This document shows positions 1-14,104 of a DNA stretch of 64,000 bases, piece by piece; position 1 is the first letter of the stretch; the number at the start of each line of letters is the position of its first letter. Origin of the DNA: Rhina ancylostomus. Lineage: Eukaryota. The stretch is from positions 20,276,896 through 20,340,895 of the forward strand of contig JARFYF010000055.1 in assembly GCA_030265395.1 (NCBI GenBank). Direction: 5' to 3'. The translations under genes and the position numbers were made by a program. The notes beneath the pieces are model-generated. The model was not told the DNA's origin. It saw only the letters and a list, made by a program, of their open reading frames with translations, and made no database searches.

Positions 1-3000
1 AGATCTTATCTGATCTGGATGCATGGAGGTGGATATAATTGACAGCTGATACTCACACATAATCTGGCAACCCAAGACAAATTTTTTTCCTGTTGTTTTT
101 TAAAACATATAGATTGAAGCAGTTTGCTGCATTAACCTGCTATTGTAATATTGTCAACAGGAGCAAGGAAGAAAGACTCACCCAAGGACAAAAGTGAAGA
201 TATTAGACACTCTTTTCATTAACTTTTTACAATTAGCTTATTCTCCATTAGAAAACTTGGACTTAAATCCATTAGAACAATGGATTTAAATATATATTTA
301 CTAAATGCATCATATTATTTTTGGTATTGCAAGTTCATAAGAACTAAGTTGGTTAGCCCATATTCCAAGTTTTCAGAATTATTTTGGAGCTAAGTGGTGA
401 TGGAATTCAGGTATTAGGAGATCAGGGGGAAAGCTAGAGAGACTGTTACCCACTGATCACTTCTGGGTGTTCCCTTAAACTTGGTTCAGAACAGGATCAT
501 TAAAGATTTGGGAGTAAGTGTACATAATCCCTTAAGTGAAGGTATATTTCTGACTCCTGTAGAAAATTACGAAGAGAATTTCCATTGAAAAAAAATGTTC
601 TCTGTTGTATTTTCACCCAATCACGTCCATCTTTATTTAGAGGAGTCACATCAATCCCTTTATATTAACCTCAAAATAAATTACAAATACAGCGCACAAT
701 GTGACATGCCTTTATAACATATCAAAATACTAACTTATAGAGTCCATGAAGTCTCACAGGGTCCACTGATTGATGACACCTATACAGTGGAATGTTGAGA
801 ACTGGAAGCAATGCTGCCTTCACATGACCAGGCGTCAATATTGGACATATAGAACAAGAAACTATTTAACTGAACTACATTGACATTCAAATTGGAGGCT
901 TGAAATATGCCTCTCTTCCCACTGTTTCTCAGTTGTTCCTTCTTGATTCAGGATGTTTCAGATCTATTAATGATACACTAGCATCCTTGTTCTGCTGTAC
1001 TGGGGAGGTTGATCCAACATTGATTTCAACTTCAGCTTTAAAGTACATTAAAATGCACATTTTGAAATTATATGAAAGGACTTAAACAATGTAATTTGCA
1101 TGAACTGGAGTAAAACCAGAACAGATTCTGGAAAAATATCCTACTTCTACTATTGGTGAGCTACTGGCAGGTGAGCCTAAGAAAGCTTGTTAGAGCTATC
1201 AATCCAACCCAGAGGTCTCACACAGCACCCCAATGTGAACCTGTTGGATATGCTAAACCATGTACCAGATGTGGATTTGCACCATATATTCCTTGTGGAT
1301 AAATGTTACAAGCCCTCTCAGGTCGTCACCATTCAAGACCTGTGTCATGTGAGTAATCATTGTTACACCTATAGTAGCAAACGACCCATCCTGCTCCAAA
1401 GCCAATACCACAACACCTCAATTAAAACCATTAATTGTTACAAGCAATGAACAAAGAAGATTTTCCACCATCTTCCATAATAATTGCATAGAATATCTCG
1501 ATTGCATTGAATATCATTTGCTCTTTGTCAAGAAGCACAAATATATAGCTCACAAAAATGCAAAAGTTACCTTAAAGAGATTAGGAGAATAACTATTTCA
1601 CACTTTACCCTTTGGAAGTTCTCTAATAGTGTTCCTTCAGTACTTTCTTTTGTTCAATAAAGCAGCAACATTATGCTATTCACAATTATTGTGGCTTCCT
1701 GCATACTATCTGTCACAGCAACATATTTCTTATACTTTAAGCCAATACCTACATGAACGCATTGATATATTAGCTGAAATGTCAGAAAGTTGCTCATGGT
1801 CTATATAATGTTTGATGCATTAAATATCACAATATCTTGCCCTGTCATACACTTAACAGATTTCCACTCTTATGATTCCTTACACTTTATGACATTGCTA
1901 ACTAACAGACTTGCCTTTTAAGTTTAAAATCTACAATACAAAAGGTCAACAAAAGAGAGAGTGACTCTTTCGACCCTGCCTATGGATAAAGATTAATTCG
2001 TTCCTTGATTACTGAAAAGAAAACTAATGTTTCAGAGTGATAATTGTCCTCTGCTGTGACCCTTACCCCCTGCTATTCTGCACCTTGTCCTCCATATGTA
2101 CACAGGTCAATCCCATCAGCGATGACTGCAGAATGTGCTGTATTGCCTGGGGCACAATCCACTCGACAGCCTGGTGCTTCCAAATGGCTTTTAACTCATT
2201 ACAAACACACAGAGGCTGACAGTTGGCAGAAATCACATACAGTGTCTTTAGAAAGAGATTGTATCCTTTTCAAAAAAAACTCTTGGGAACTTCCAGCTCA
2301 GGGAACAAAAATATTTGATATCTGCTTCATCAGAAACATGCTGTAGTATTTGTGATCACATTATACTTTGCAACTAATGAACATAGGTTGGGGTGGACAC
2401 TATCATACACTTTAAAATAGTCTTTAAAATAAGGTTTTAATGACACCCACCCATGGGGAGAAGAAAATATTTCAACTGTTAAATCCAATCCACTTTTGTT
2501 GTTTGTTAACAATGATCCTGAGCTGAGAATGCTGAAAATCAAGGATAAAGTCAAAGAAAGAAGGATAAAACACTTATATTACTGTGATAGATTTTAGTTT
2601 GACAGGAGCATGATTTAAGAGCATTTTGTTTTGTTTCTCTACCATTGACAAAACCATAGTCATTGTATTATACTAATTTAAGACAGTGATAGTGATAAAT
2701 GTGTACTATACTTGCAGTTTGAATTTTCCAGTTATAGATGATTAATCACTGAAAAATATCCTCAGTGATTTACCTGGAAAACCATTCTTCATTTTATTTT
2801 ACACACTGTTAAAACTCTGTACTGGTAATAAATGTCAGCCATGCAGAATTTACATTTTCATTCATTTTGTTTTAAGAATGGTGCACATGGCTTTCAAAAT
2901 ACATTACTGGCCAATCCATTTGTGTGTGGAGTGTGCTAATCGGTGGTGTGATGGTGGTAACTTGATGAAAAAGACCTGAAGAGCAAAACTGAAGGCTGAG

Positions 3001-3789
3001 GTGCAAAGAAAAAGAAAAAGTGTTAGCAATTACATGACAGTAAATGAAGATTTTGTTAAATAATCAATTAAGGTAAAGTATGAATTAGGCTGTAATTTTT
3101 ATTATAGTTACTGGAAGCCACTGCAGCTCTTGATTGCTTTTAATAACAGAAACTAAATGATTCCACCAAAATTAATAAAATTCCAAAACAATCAAGAAAA
3201 TCAAGTCCTAATTATGTTTTGTTTTCCCATTACTAAGAAGAAGTAAGCCATGCATCGGAGATAAAAACAATGTCTATTTTCTCAGGTATTCAATTATAAG
3301 CTAAATAATGCCAATTCAGTTCTACATAATACAATTTGTATATACATATATACAAGGTAGTCCTAGTATTCTTCTTCTATTAAATACTGATCTTCTGTAC
3401 ACCTTCAACTTCTTCTCATATATTAATTAAATTACAATAAATTACAATATTTTCTATTTTTCCCCAGTGAGGATTGTGGGAAATTACAGGAGTTGCTTCT
3501 TTCCTGACAACACTTTACACTCCTTTTGTGCAGAGAGTGATTCTGGCACTGGTGAACTTGCACAACTGCTGCCAGCCCTTAAATATCACACTCAAATCAC
3601 TATTTTTCAATTGTGAACTTATTCATGTCATTTCATGTCACACTAAACTAGTTTGCACTTCTGTGGCTTTCTATCTACACATATTGAATTCTGATTTGAA
3701 TCATAAACCCAAATCACTTCACTATATTTACAGAATATTAAAGACATTGTGAGAAATTCTTCTAGTACATTCAAAGCAAAAGCACAGCA

Positions 3790-4200
3790 ATGCCAAAACA
3801 TACTTTAGGATTAGGATGGAGAAAGAAACAATAAGCAGAAGCAAGAGAAAGACTTTGATGTCTTACATTGAAGGCCGAGTCAAGAAAAGATCATTAGAAG
3901 CAGCTTTTGAAAATTGGGATAGGTACAATGAACTATTAGGGTTTGAAAATAAAAGGACTTCCAAACTTTAGTTGTACATTGAAGGTCCATCAGCAATAGA
4001 ATAACGGAAAAATGTGTTTCTGAGGAAGCTGGAGTGAAAGGATCACAGGGCATGAACTGATAAGGCAGGGGAAAAATGTAGGGGTCAAGTCAAGAAATGA
4101 TTGGAGGGTTAAAATTTAAAGTGAAACAATCTCAATGCACTTCAATGAAGAATGGATGCGGTTGAACACATCAGGTGTGATCAAAATGCAATACCTTCCC
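3790..4200 (-). mobile_element. Old L2-like LINE fragment
   Basis: Purine-rich decayed sequence resembling the reverse strand of the L2 3' region; highly diverged. Confidence 0.35.
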
Positions 4201-7049
4201 ACTGACCATAGCAGAATTTGTAGGATCAGAGGGAAGATTAGATCTGAAAGGAGTGAAGGCAGAAATATCACCATGCCCTTTGCAAGTAGAAACTCTGGCA
4301 CCTGTCAGCTTTCCACAGGATATCATGCTTAGATTGTTTAGCCAAGACCCATCCCTCTTCCCAAAGACACTTGTGTACGAGGCATGAATCCACCTCTTCC
4401 TCCATCCCAACTGAGGGGTCACCACTTTAGGCCAGTTGATTTCATGTCACAGAACAGACCAACATCCACACTTAGTGGATGGGGATGTATGGAAATGGGA
4501 AAACTAAATTAGGGCATGACAGACCATTCTCCAACCCCTTTGTAACATTGGACTTCATTTAATATTTATGTTATAACTACCAGTTGTTTCACTCTCTGAA
4601 TACATAATGGATGGCTAAAATAATATTAGCTGTTCTGCCCAAGATGAATTTCCCAGCACATAATCCTCTGACAAAATATCAAACAGCTGACATTAATATC
4701 TTAGGGTTCAGCTGATCTATCACTAAATGGTAGTTACAGTGCAGATATCAAATAAAGCACTCAGTATTTTTTCTATCTATTACATAATTAAATTTATTTG
4801 TATAATTAATGTCATTTATCTAATGCATTTTGAAACCATTAAAGTTATGTACTTGAACATTTCATCAAATTAATTAATTTAAACAAACCTTAGGACTCGG
4901 ATTTACTGCAAAATAAGTTGTTTGGAAAATCTTTATAAATGAATGGATTATATGTTAATTTTAATAACAGCTGTAATGGTTTTATTCAATTTACAGAAAT
5001 TTCTGGTAATCAAATTACTCCCAACANNNNNNNNNNNNNNNNNNNNNNNNNNNNNNNNNNNNNNNNNNNNNNNNNNNNNNNNNNNNNNNNNNNNNNNNNN
5101 NNNNNNNNNAACTTCCAGCAACCTCACTTGCCTAGCCGGAGACATGAGTGTAAATGCAGAGCAAAATTGCCCACAGTGTGCAACAGAGCACACACAGGGT
5201 CATGGAGCAGATTTTCAGCTTGCTGCCTGGGATTAAACCTGTACTGTGGACTAGCCACCCCTTGGGGAAAACTGCCAATTTTCTGACAACTTTTGGGCAT
5301 AGGCTAACCCCAGTTTCAGCATGACAAGGCACAAGGATAGCCTGTGAGCATTTTTCTGTGAAAGGACTAAATTACCAAAGAGTCTTCCTGATAGTTTGGA
5401 GTGTCTTATGTTCAATAGTGGGTTGATCAACAATAGAAATGGATACAACCTGCAATCCTGATCAGTATGCAATCATGGGGTGATGGTGCAAGTGGCTGGT
5501 CTAGATTTGAGTTAATTGGTAAAGGCGGTCTCACAGACACTGCATGGCTGCCCATCTAATCTGCTGGAATGGGTTAAATGAGCCCTTTTACATCACCAGT
5601 GCCCCTGGATGTGCCCTAGAGAACATTTCCTTCAGAAGTCTTTGCTTCCTAAATAAGAACAGTTCTTTCCTGGAGGCTATGCATAGGAAAGCTTCAGGCT
5701 CATTCGAGCATGTGGCCATTTATGTTCCCTCTTCACAAAGCTAAAGCGGACGTTGTGAACATTTCATTCTCTGGACATCTAATTGAAACATTCAGGGCAG
5801 CTTGATGCCAGTGATGCTTATCTAGAACAAACAGAAAGGGGTTTGTTTTCCCTAGAAATGAATGGAAATAATGTTTATTTTAGAAACTGGTGGAGTGGGA
5901 AATGACCATTTCTAGTCATGATTCTATTTCCTTCTTGGATAAAGGCCATCTCCTGTGCTTTATTTGGGGGAGGTGGGGGGGCTAGGACTTTGATGGAAGA
6001 AAGCCTTTTTTCAGTCAGGTTCTTATCCAAACTCAGCTTCNNNNNNNNNNNNNNNNNNNNNNNNNNNNNNNNNNNNTAGGGTTCAGGCCCAGGTCAGTGC
6101 ATTGGCCTCTCAGACCTGATATTCAGCTGAATGTAGTATGAAGGTTACTGCCACCACCATCAATAACTGAGACAAATAAGCACAGTTGTTGCAGAACTAC
6201 ACGGAGGCCAGACTGATGATGCTTAGTTAAGCTAAAAGATAGGATTAGAGTGTAATATTCCCAAGTGAACTGTCATCACAGTTTGCTAAGCCAATCTCAG
6301 TAAGCACCCTGTTTTCAGGAGCTAAAATAGAAAATGCACCACCAAAGCATTGCACACTTCCTTCCTGTTACCACGGACTAGAGTACAGTTTGCTTCCCTA
6401 TCCTCTGAGACAAAGGAGCAGGCAAGAAGGTTAAGTTGCCAACCAGCCAGGTAATTTTCAACAACAACCTATTTCTGGAGCAAAACACACTATCTTTGAA
6501 TACACCAGTTTCCTTTATTTCAGGCAATGAATTTTTGGACATATAGGCATCCAACTTTCACTTAGCCCCCATCCTTTGACTTGGATGGTGATAAAGCCAG
6601 ACCATACATAAATGCATACAAGCTTTAGGGCAAGGATCAATGCACAGTAATGAGGAGCAGGAACCCCAAATGGTATTTCCCCCTCAATGAAGTATAGACT
6701 CTGAGGTCAAATTGTTGCATTGTTTCCACCTCCCACTGCACTCAAAAACCTCATTACAGACCTGGAGCAATGTGATCTTTGCAGTGCTGTCAGCTCCCAC
6801 TGTACAGGTTTTGCACAGCCACCACTCATGGATTTGAATCCCATGAAAAGCCAATTAAGGAAATGTATCTTTGTGTCTGGCAGCTTTAACAAATGCAGCC
6901 AGTTCACACAGAGAATGGTGCCAGCTGCAGAAGACGCATGCTTCAGGAAGCAAAAAAATAAATACTCTCAGTGGCATCAATGTCCAATGCACTCCTTCTC
7001 TCAATCAACCTTGGTGCTTTTGCAAATGCAAGGGCATTCCCCTCAAAAC

Positions 7050-7460
7050 ATGTCCAATTCACTCACCATGCTTGCTGACCACACTGGATTCTTGTCATAC
7101 TTCAAAGTTCTCATCCCTGCTTTCAAATGTATTTCCTTCTTATCCATTTAATCTTCTATAGCCATGCAGCCCACTAAAGTATCTGCAGTCCTCCATTTCT
7201 GGATTTAGTTACCCCAAATTTTAATTGCTCAAATATTGGCAGCCATGCCTTCAGTTGCCTTGGCCAAAGCTTTAAAATTTCTTCCCTAAACCTCTCTTCT
7301 TCTCTCTTCTTTTAAAACACCCATTAAAACCCACCTCTTTAATCAAGCATTGGGTTACACATCTTAACATCAACTTCTATGACTCAGTGTCAAATTTTAT
7401 TTGATAATCTCTATTGGGAAGCTCATTGGAATACTTTATTTCCAAATACGTGTTGCCTAT
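7050..7460 (+). mobile_element. L2 LINE 3' end
   Basis: CTTCAAAGTTCTCATCC...TTGGCAGCCATGCCTTCAG...CCCTAAACCTCTC...AAAACCCACCTCTTT...GTGTCAAATTTTATTTGATAAT follows the L2 3' end as I recall it. Confidence 0.7.
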
Positions 7461-10400
7461 TGACTAGGCCAAAATGAATTTCAGGCCAACACACGGGATC
7501 AAAACCAATTCTGCTTCAAAAGTCTTAGTTGGAGAATCAGAAGTAGAGAGGGAAAATTAAAATGACTCAGATCACTCATTTAGAGGGGGTGAACTTGAAC
7601 TGTGACCATCATTTTGACCTAATCCAACCATCCTGTCTAATTTTACTTCAGTCAACAGGTTCTAAAATTGGACCTGAGTGGCTGACCAGATCCTTTCTGT
7701 CTTCCATTGATAAGTTAGTTCAAAATTACTCTACAAGACTTTGATTTTACAGCAGCTAATTGTAATGATTCCTTGCCCAATGCATCAACTTGACTGGCTG
7801 CTTACTTGAGTCAACTGGACTCTTAAGAAATCCCACTTTACACATGCTGAGCTTTGACTATTTTAAAGCAACAATCCTAGCTGGAAGCCTCCTGCAGTGA
7901 GACAAAAAACAATATCAGGAAAAAACTGTTGTGAACCAAGTATCAGCAGAACTCTTTGAATAAAATAGAAAACTACAAGGTTAAGCGTTGTGTATTATGC
8001 ATGTCAATCCAACTGTGTTTCTTTTTGTTTATTTTGTTATTGGCCCTCGAGTATTATGAGAATGATACTATCATAGCTTATTCTAACATTTGTATCTGGT
8101 GACTGAAGCTTATCTGCAAAGATCACTGTTGAAAGGCTGCAGAAATTTCATAGTTTACTTCTTTTTCCAGTTTTGCCATCTTCCAGATAACTTGAGGATT
8201 TCTGATTTGATCAACATGACTTAACACTGGACATGGGGGAGGGGTGATTTTAACCCCGCCCGGGGCAGATTGGACAGCTGTACAGTTAAAATTACCAAGA
8301 TAATTACCTGGCATGAAGCTCTCAGAATTCTAACTTGCTCAACTGAGCAGACAGCAAGAACATCTGCCCAAGGTCCATTTCTGCCTAAGCATGTGGCCCT
8401 GGTAATGTTTTCAGGGTTGCAATTTTTATGGGGCCATCAGTGAGAAGTGGTTTGGGGTAAAAGTGAAGCATATTCTATTTATTTAACTTTCCTGGTTGGG
8501 GGCAGGGGGAGCAGGAGGGGGATTGCCAATTAAGCCACTTACTTGGTATCAGTAGGTATTCTCCAGACTCCAAGAATCGTCCGCCGTCACCACACAGCTC
8601 GTCACAGATTGGTGCAAAATAAATCAGACAGCACAATTTGAAGCTGGCTGCAGGTTCAAATCCAGGCCTGACATTTTATATCTCAGCCCTAAGAAGATAA
8701 AGAAAAACTCTGTCAGCATTTGTATCGGTACTGATCTACCAAGACGTTCAAATAATTCTATCCCTCCACTGCAGCAGTTCTACTTAAAAGTAGGTATTAA
8801 AATTTAAATATGAAATATATAGATCTTCCTAGTCACAGAAGTAAAATACATTGGTGTCATGTTAACCTGCTATAGTTTGCCATAAAGAATACACAATTAA
8901 GTCCTTTGGTATTAAATAACATTGGCACCTGCTGTGAAAATATCAAAATACTCCCAGATTGATCACTAGTATGATGCATATTAAAAATGGCATTTGCAAT
9001 TTTAAATTAAATTCAAAGAATTATAAAAATAAATGATTTTTTTTAGTGTCAATCTTGTTATGTTTCAGTTCCTTGAAATAAACTGTTCACTATGGCAAAA
9101 GTGTTTGTATACCATAGTTGCTATGAAAAGTCAGCACATATTTAAACATAATTGTATATTTAATATTAATATGTTATCTTGAGATATCTGAAGTTTTATT
9201 TGTGCTGTAAATAGACCATTAAATGGTGAGGGGAAACAATACTCAAACAATGAACTTACACATAACCACAATCATTATAAACCATTTTTGATTAGTTTCC
9301 AAGAAATAAAATATTGGCTTAAATTGCCTCTAGGTCTATTTCTTCGTTCACTATAGAATTATTGGGTCTTCCACAGCTGAGAAGTAAACTGATTAATTCT
9401 GGTAATGTAACCTTAACCCACACTGCTGTCACATGGAGATGCTGGATATTAAAAGTCTTTTGGTTTTTGAAGGGTTAAAATCTAACGTAAGTAGGCCATC
9501 AAAATGGCTGCTGTTTCTTTCATCTCTACAATTGAAGCAGCCTGACCTTGCGTTTGTCGGGTGTGGGATGGGGCGAGGAGTATAGCCAGTGGCAAAAAGT
9601 TCTGTATACAGTTCACTGGAGCAGTGGATTTCTTCAGCAGCACCATGAAGCCTGTAATTAGCTGCATTTTCATGTTAATTAGTCTGCTCCTTCAAAACCT
9701 GCAAAAATCTCTCGAGGTGTGCTGTAACCTAACAAGGTTAAAGCAACAGTAACCCGTATGTTGCCCACACAGATTGGGTCTAGGTATCATAACCAGTCAA
9801 AGCAGCCTCTCTCCATTACAAATCACACTCTGGGAAGTAAGAGAGATGACAATTACTCAAAGTATTTGATTTTTAACAAAGTAGGTTGAGACCTTGAACA
9901 CCAGTTTTTAATTCTCATTACTCGTTTGCATAGGTATTTCCATGCAGAGGCAATACATAAAGGCATGAAACACTGGCATACCTGACCCATAGTGACAATT
10001 GTGGAAAAAAGGAATACAGAATAATGATTGAACTTGACTGAGGGATTCCTGCCTTGAAGGAACAAGAAGAAAAAAAGAGATACCTCACCAGCAGGAAAGG
10101 AGAAACACATCACATTTGACCAGGGGAAAATCAAGATTTTTATTTAAAAGCAGAGAATTCTAAATAACACAAATAATGAGAATTAAAAACAAAGTAAAAA
10201 GATTAAAATAATTAGCATAGGCAACGAGTCAAACATTTTAAATATATTTCTGTATGATTGAGTTACCATACGGTTGTTCCCAAACACCATGGACAAACCA
10301 GCAACATGTTGGGAACTCTGGAGCTACAGTGACAGTGTCACATAGCAACAGGCAGATTGATACAATATTTTCATCTTCCTAAATAGTCTTGGACTTGGCT

Positions 10401-10474
10401 GGAATCATTCATTCAAAAATTCCATTCTCTATTTTGATTTTTCAACAGTTGCGAGGAAAAGCAACACAGATAGA

Positions 10475-10650
10475 TTCCTGAAATAAAAAAGATAAAATGC
10501 TGGAAATAGGCAAAATCAGTGGAGAGGGGGAGAGTTAACATTTCAAGTATACTAATTCTAATGAGAGGTTATCAACCTAAAACATTCTCTCCACAGATGC
10601 TGCTCGACTTGACTATTTCCAGCATTTTCTCTCTTCATTTCAAATTTCCT
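10475..10650. repeat. Inverted pair of Penelope-like terminal repeats (hairpin element)
   Basis: Left arm AAAATGCTGGAAATAG is the reverse complement of right arm CTATTTCCAGCATTTT. The right arm carries CCACAGATGCTGC and a decayed CTAATGA..AAAAC core. Confidence 0.65.
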
Positions 10651-11547
10651 GGATTTGGTTTTTAAACAGATATATTCTTGATATTTTCTTCATCCTGAGA
10701 GGAAGTAGATATTTTCCAGTCTGTGGTTTGCTTGCAGACAATGTAACTAAGATTAAGAAATCACTGGAACCTCAGATGCAAAATAGCAGCCTGCCTCACT
10801 CCATGAGGCACCACTCAGTTACACAAGATACTGTACCATTTGACCAGTGGATTTGTATCATATTTTTGAAAATACTACAGGACAACAGCAGGAGAGGTTA
10901 CTGACTGTCCCAGGTGGCCATTTCTCTACTTTAACTAATTTTAATCACCAGAAAATTGCAATGAAAAGGATCAAATTGTTGCAACATATAGCATGTACAC
11001 TCCTGCGATGGAAATCCATGCTATATTGGTCAGAACACACATTGATTGTGCAACTCATGGTTCAAAACCCTTCAAGATTTTCCCCAACTGTCCACCATTG
11101 CCACAAACTCTCCAGATATGACCAAAAGTGTCTGGCAATTTATGAAAAGTAATGATGCTTCATGGACTTCCCAGTGAACTCTGGATCCAGGGTCTCTCTT
11201 GACATCCACTATTCTGCAGTAGGCAGTGGCTGGTTCAGTGCCATGAACAGGCAGCACTTACTGATAGCACATGGGAAATGGGGAGGATGAATATCTGAAT
11301 ATCTGTGGACTGGAGCTCCCAAATATTTGGGAATTATGAGAAATATTGTGTATAATTGTTTTTGTCAAGTAATTCATGCTGTTTTCTTAAGTTTCAGTTT
11401 TACTTAAATTTAGTTATAATTAAATTATAAATGTACTTAGAATATAGTAATACTAAATCATATTAGATTCACATTTTATATTTTTAAAGAATACAAACCA
11501 AACTCTGGATTTTTAAAATCATTGGAGGTTTTATTTAAAGTGGTAGT

Positions 11548-12450
11548 TAGAACATAGAGGAGTACAGCACAGGAACAGGCCCTTCGGCCCATGATGTCTG
11601 TGCCAACCATGTCAAGTTTAACTAATCCCATCTGCCTGTACATGGTCTATATTCCTCCATTCCTCACCTGTTCAGGTGCCTGTCTAAATGCCTCTTAACT
11701 ATTACTATCATATCTGTTTCCACCATTATCCCTGGCAGCATGCTACAGGCACCTAGCATTCTCTGTATCAAAACTTGCCTCATAAATCTCCTTTAAACTT
11801 TCCTCCTCTCACTTAAAGCTATGCCCTCTAGTATTTGACATTTTCACCCTGGGAAAAAGAATCTATCTATCCTCTCTATGCCTCTTATAATTTTATATAT
11901 TTCTATCAGGTCTCCCTTCAGTCACCAACACTCCATAGAAAACAATCCTTATAGCTAATACTCTCTTATCCAGGCAACATGCTGGTGAATCTTTTCTGCT
12001 CCCTCTCCATATTCTCTACATACTTCCTGTAATGCAGCAACCAGAACTACACACAATACTCTAAATGTCACCTAACCAAAGTTTTATACAGATCAAGTGT
12101 GAATTTCCTACTTTTATACACGATGAAGGCAAGTATCCCATATGCCTTCTGTATCTCCCTATTTTATTGTGTTGCCACTTTCAGGGAGCTATGGACTTGT
12201 ACCCCAAGATCTCTCTGTACTTCAATACTCCTAATGGCCCTGCCATTTACTGTATACTTTCCTCTTACATTTGACCTCCCAAAGTGCAACATCTGACACT
12301 TGTCTGGATTAAGCTCCATCTGCCATTTTTCTGCCCACATTTCCAATTGGCCTATATCCTGCTGAATCCTTTGACAATCTTCTGCACTATCCACAACTTC
12401 ACCATTTTTTGTGTCATCTGTAAACTTACTAATCAGCCCAGCTACATTTT
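11548..12450 (-). mobile_element. CR1-type LINE (HER1-like) 3' fragment with RT remnant
   Basis: ORF 12164-12481(-) reads ISKFTDDTK...IQQDIGQLEMWAEKWQMELNPDKCQMLHFGRSN, the CR1 RT C-terminus. CR1 tail (GGCCCTTCGGCCC, AGAACATAG) at about 11550-11600. Confidence 0.92.
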
Positions 12451-12936
12451 TTGATGAGAAAATATTTTGATTTGTATTCAAAAATCAGATTAAAGTTTAT
12501 CTACCTGCAGATTTTGCATCACTTCTGCGTTTTTCCCAATGATTCCACAACCTTTGCTAGATCCAAAATAAATAAATAAATATCTTACTGGAATTATAAC
12601 CTTGATCACTGACACTGTGTGAGGCATAAAGCACCATGGGCCCACACAAGCAAATCTTGACTTTGTCAGCAGGGAAGACCAAAATCACCATCTGGGTAAA
12701 TGAGGCAGTTTTTGTATAAGGTGGTCAATCAGTGAGTGTTCAGCCACAGTTCCTGTCTTATGCAGAACTTGATAAAATTATTGGTATTCATGATACAGAT
12801 CATACATGCCTAGAAATAAGGGTTATCAATAAAGGGTTCATCCTTTATTGGTAAGCTAAACTGGTGCTAATGCCCAATCAAGTAACCCATAAAATGGGGA
12901 AATGGATGAAAGTTGGTGAACATACTTTGCACCCTG

Positions 12937-13110
12937 AGGTCAGATGGCATCTATGGAGAGACAGACCTATCAGGTCAATGACCTGTCATCAGAATGGGTT
13001 GGATGAGTTCTGATGAAAGGCCACCAACCTGAAATGTTAATTTTGTTGCTCCCTCCACAGATGCTGCCTGACTCACTGGTTATCTCTAACATCATGTGTT
13101 TTCATTTTGG
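12937..13110. repeat. Inverted pair of Penelope-like terminal repeats, each with a hammerhead-ribozyme-like core
   Basis: Left arm GGTCAGATGGCATCTATGGAGAG...CAGGTCAATGACCTGTCATCAGAA is approximately the reverse complement of right arm TTCTGATGAAAGG..CCTGAAATGTTAA...CCACAGATGCTGCCTGAC. Confidence 0.7.
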
Positions 13111-14104
13111 GATGATTGCTATAGAATGGACACACTTCTATTTTAGGGGTTCTCTGATCTCATTTTAGATGCTATTGTGTTATCTACATCATTTCAGAAT
13201 TTCCCTTTTTTTCTGGATCTCCCATTCAGTAACCTCAAATAGGATTGAACATGAAACATCTATTATATGTGCTTACAAACATCGCCCTGCTGTTATTCCT
13301 GCTGCACCATTCCTACCCTGGCAATGAGTAAATGAAATTAATTAATGCTGAACAATTTTTACTGACCTGGAAATAAAGATGGCAGTTGAAATCAGCAGCA
13401 TTGAATGCTGTTATTTCCCACTTTATTAAATCAAAACTACGATTTACTCACTAGAAGTTACAAGAATTTTGCTTTATTTTGTGGAGATATATACTGTATA
13501 TATCTAAAGCCCATCATATTAAGTAGATATAGTGCAGACAAGTCATTTTGCAATCATCAAGTCTCTTTTACTCTGAATCAAGACAAATTAATTAATCTTT
13601 GGGCATCTAAAACTCTACAACTTAATGGAATGAAATCACATTTTTCTTATACATAGGAGGGTGGAAGAGATTAAATATTATGGGAGGGTTGAAAATTGTT
13701 TCTGGCTCCCAGGGCTAAATGCATGTGAGAATATCCATCGAACATGCAGATGTCAGTGCAACCAGCCATGATATTTTCATACTTGTTTAGCACAGGTAAC
13801 CAGAGACTAATTTCTACCCCATGAGATCTTCATGTTGTTATTTTGATATATTCTTTCCTTCACCACAATGTCAGCCTGCCAGATGTGTTAAAAGCATAAG
13901 AAATTTTGATGTTCAATTTAATATAGATTCATGTGTGGATTTTTTTTTGATGTATCACTCCCTTTTCTTTGTAATCAATGTATATCATTACTTAGCATTC
14001 ACCTGCCTAAGGGATCAGTACTGCTACATTCAGAGGTTATGGAAGGGAGCACTATCTGTACCAATAACAAATTATACCAGATCAGCACCAAATCAATAAT
14101 ATTT

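Noticed and set aside
4939-5286. ORFs spanning the N run
   Set aside because: Their length is inflated by unknown bases.
6720-7151. 143-aa ORF
   Set aside because: No homology recognised, and its 3' part runs into an L2 fragment.
10847-11270. ORFs of 101 and 61 aa
   Set aside because: No recognisable domain; possibly a very old transposon remnant, but I cannot support a call.
12588-12690. Possible - strand exon (CCCAG acceptor, open frame, GTAAGA donor)
   Set aside because: The translation resembles no protein I know and I found no partner exons; such signals arise by chance.
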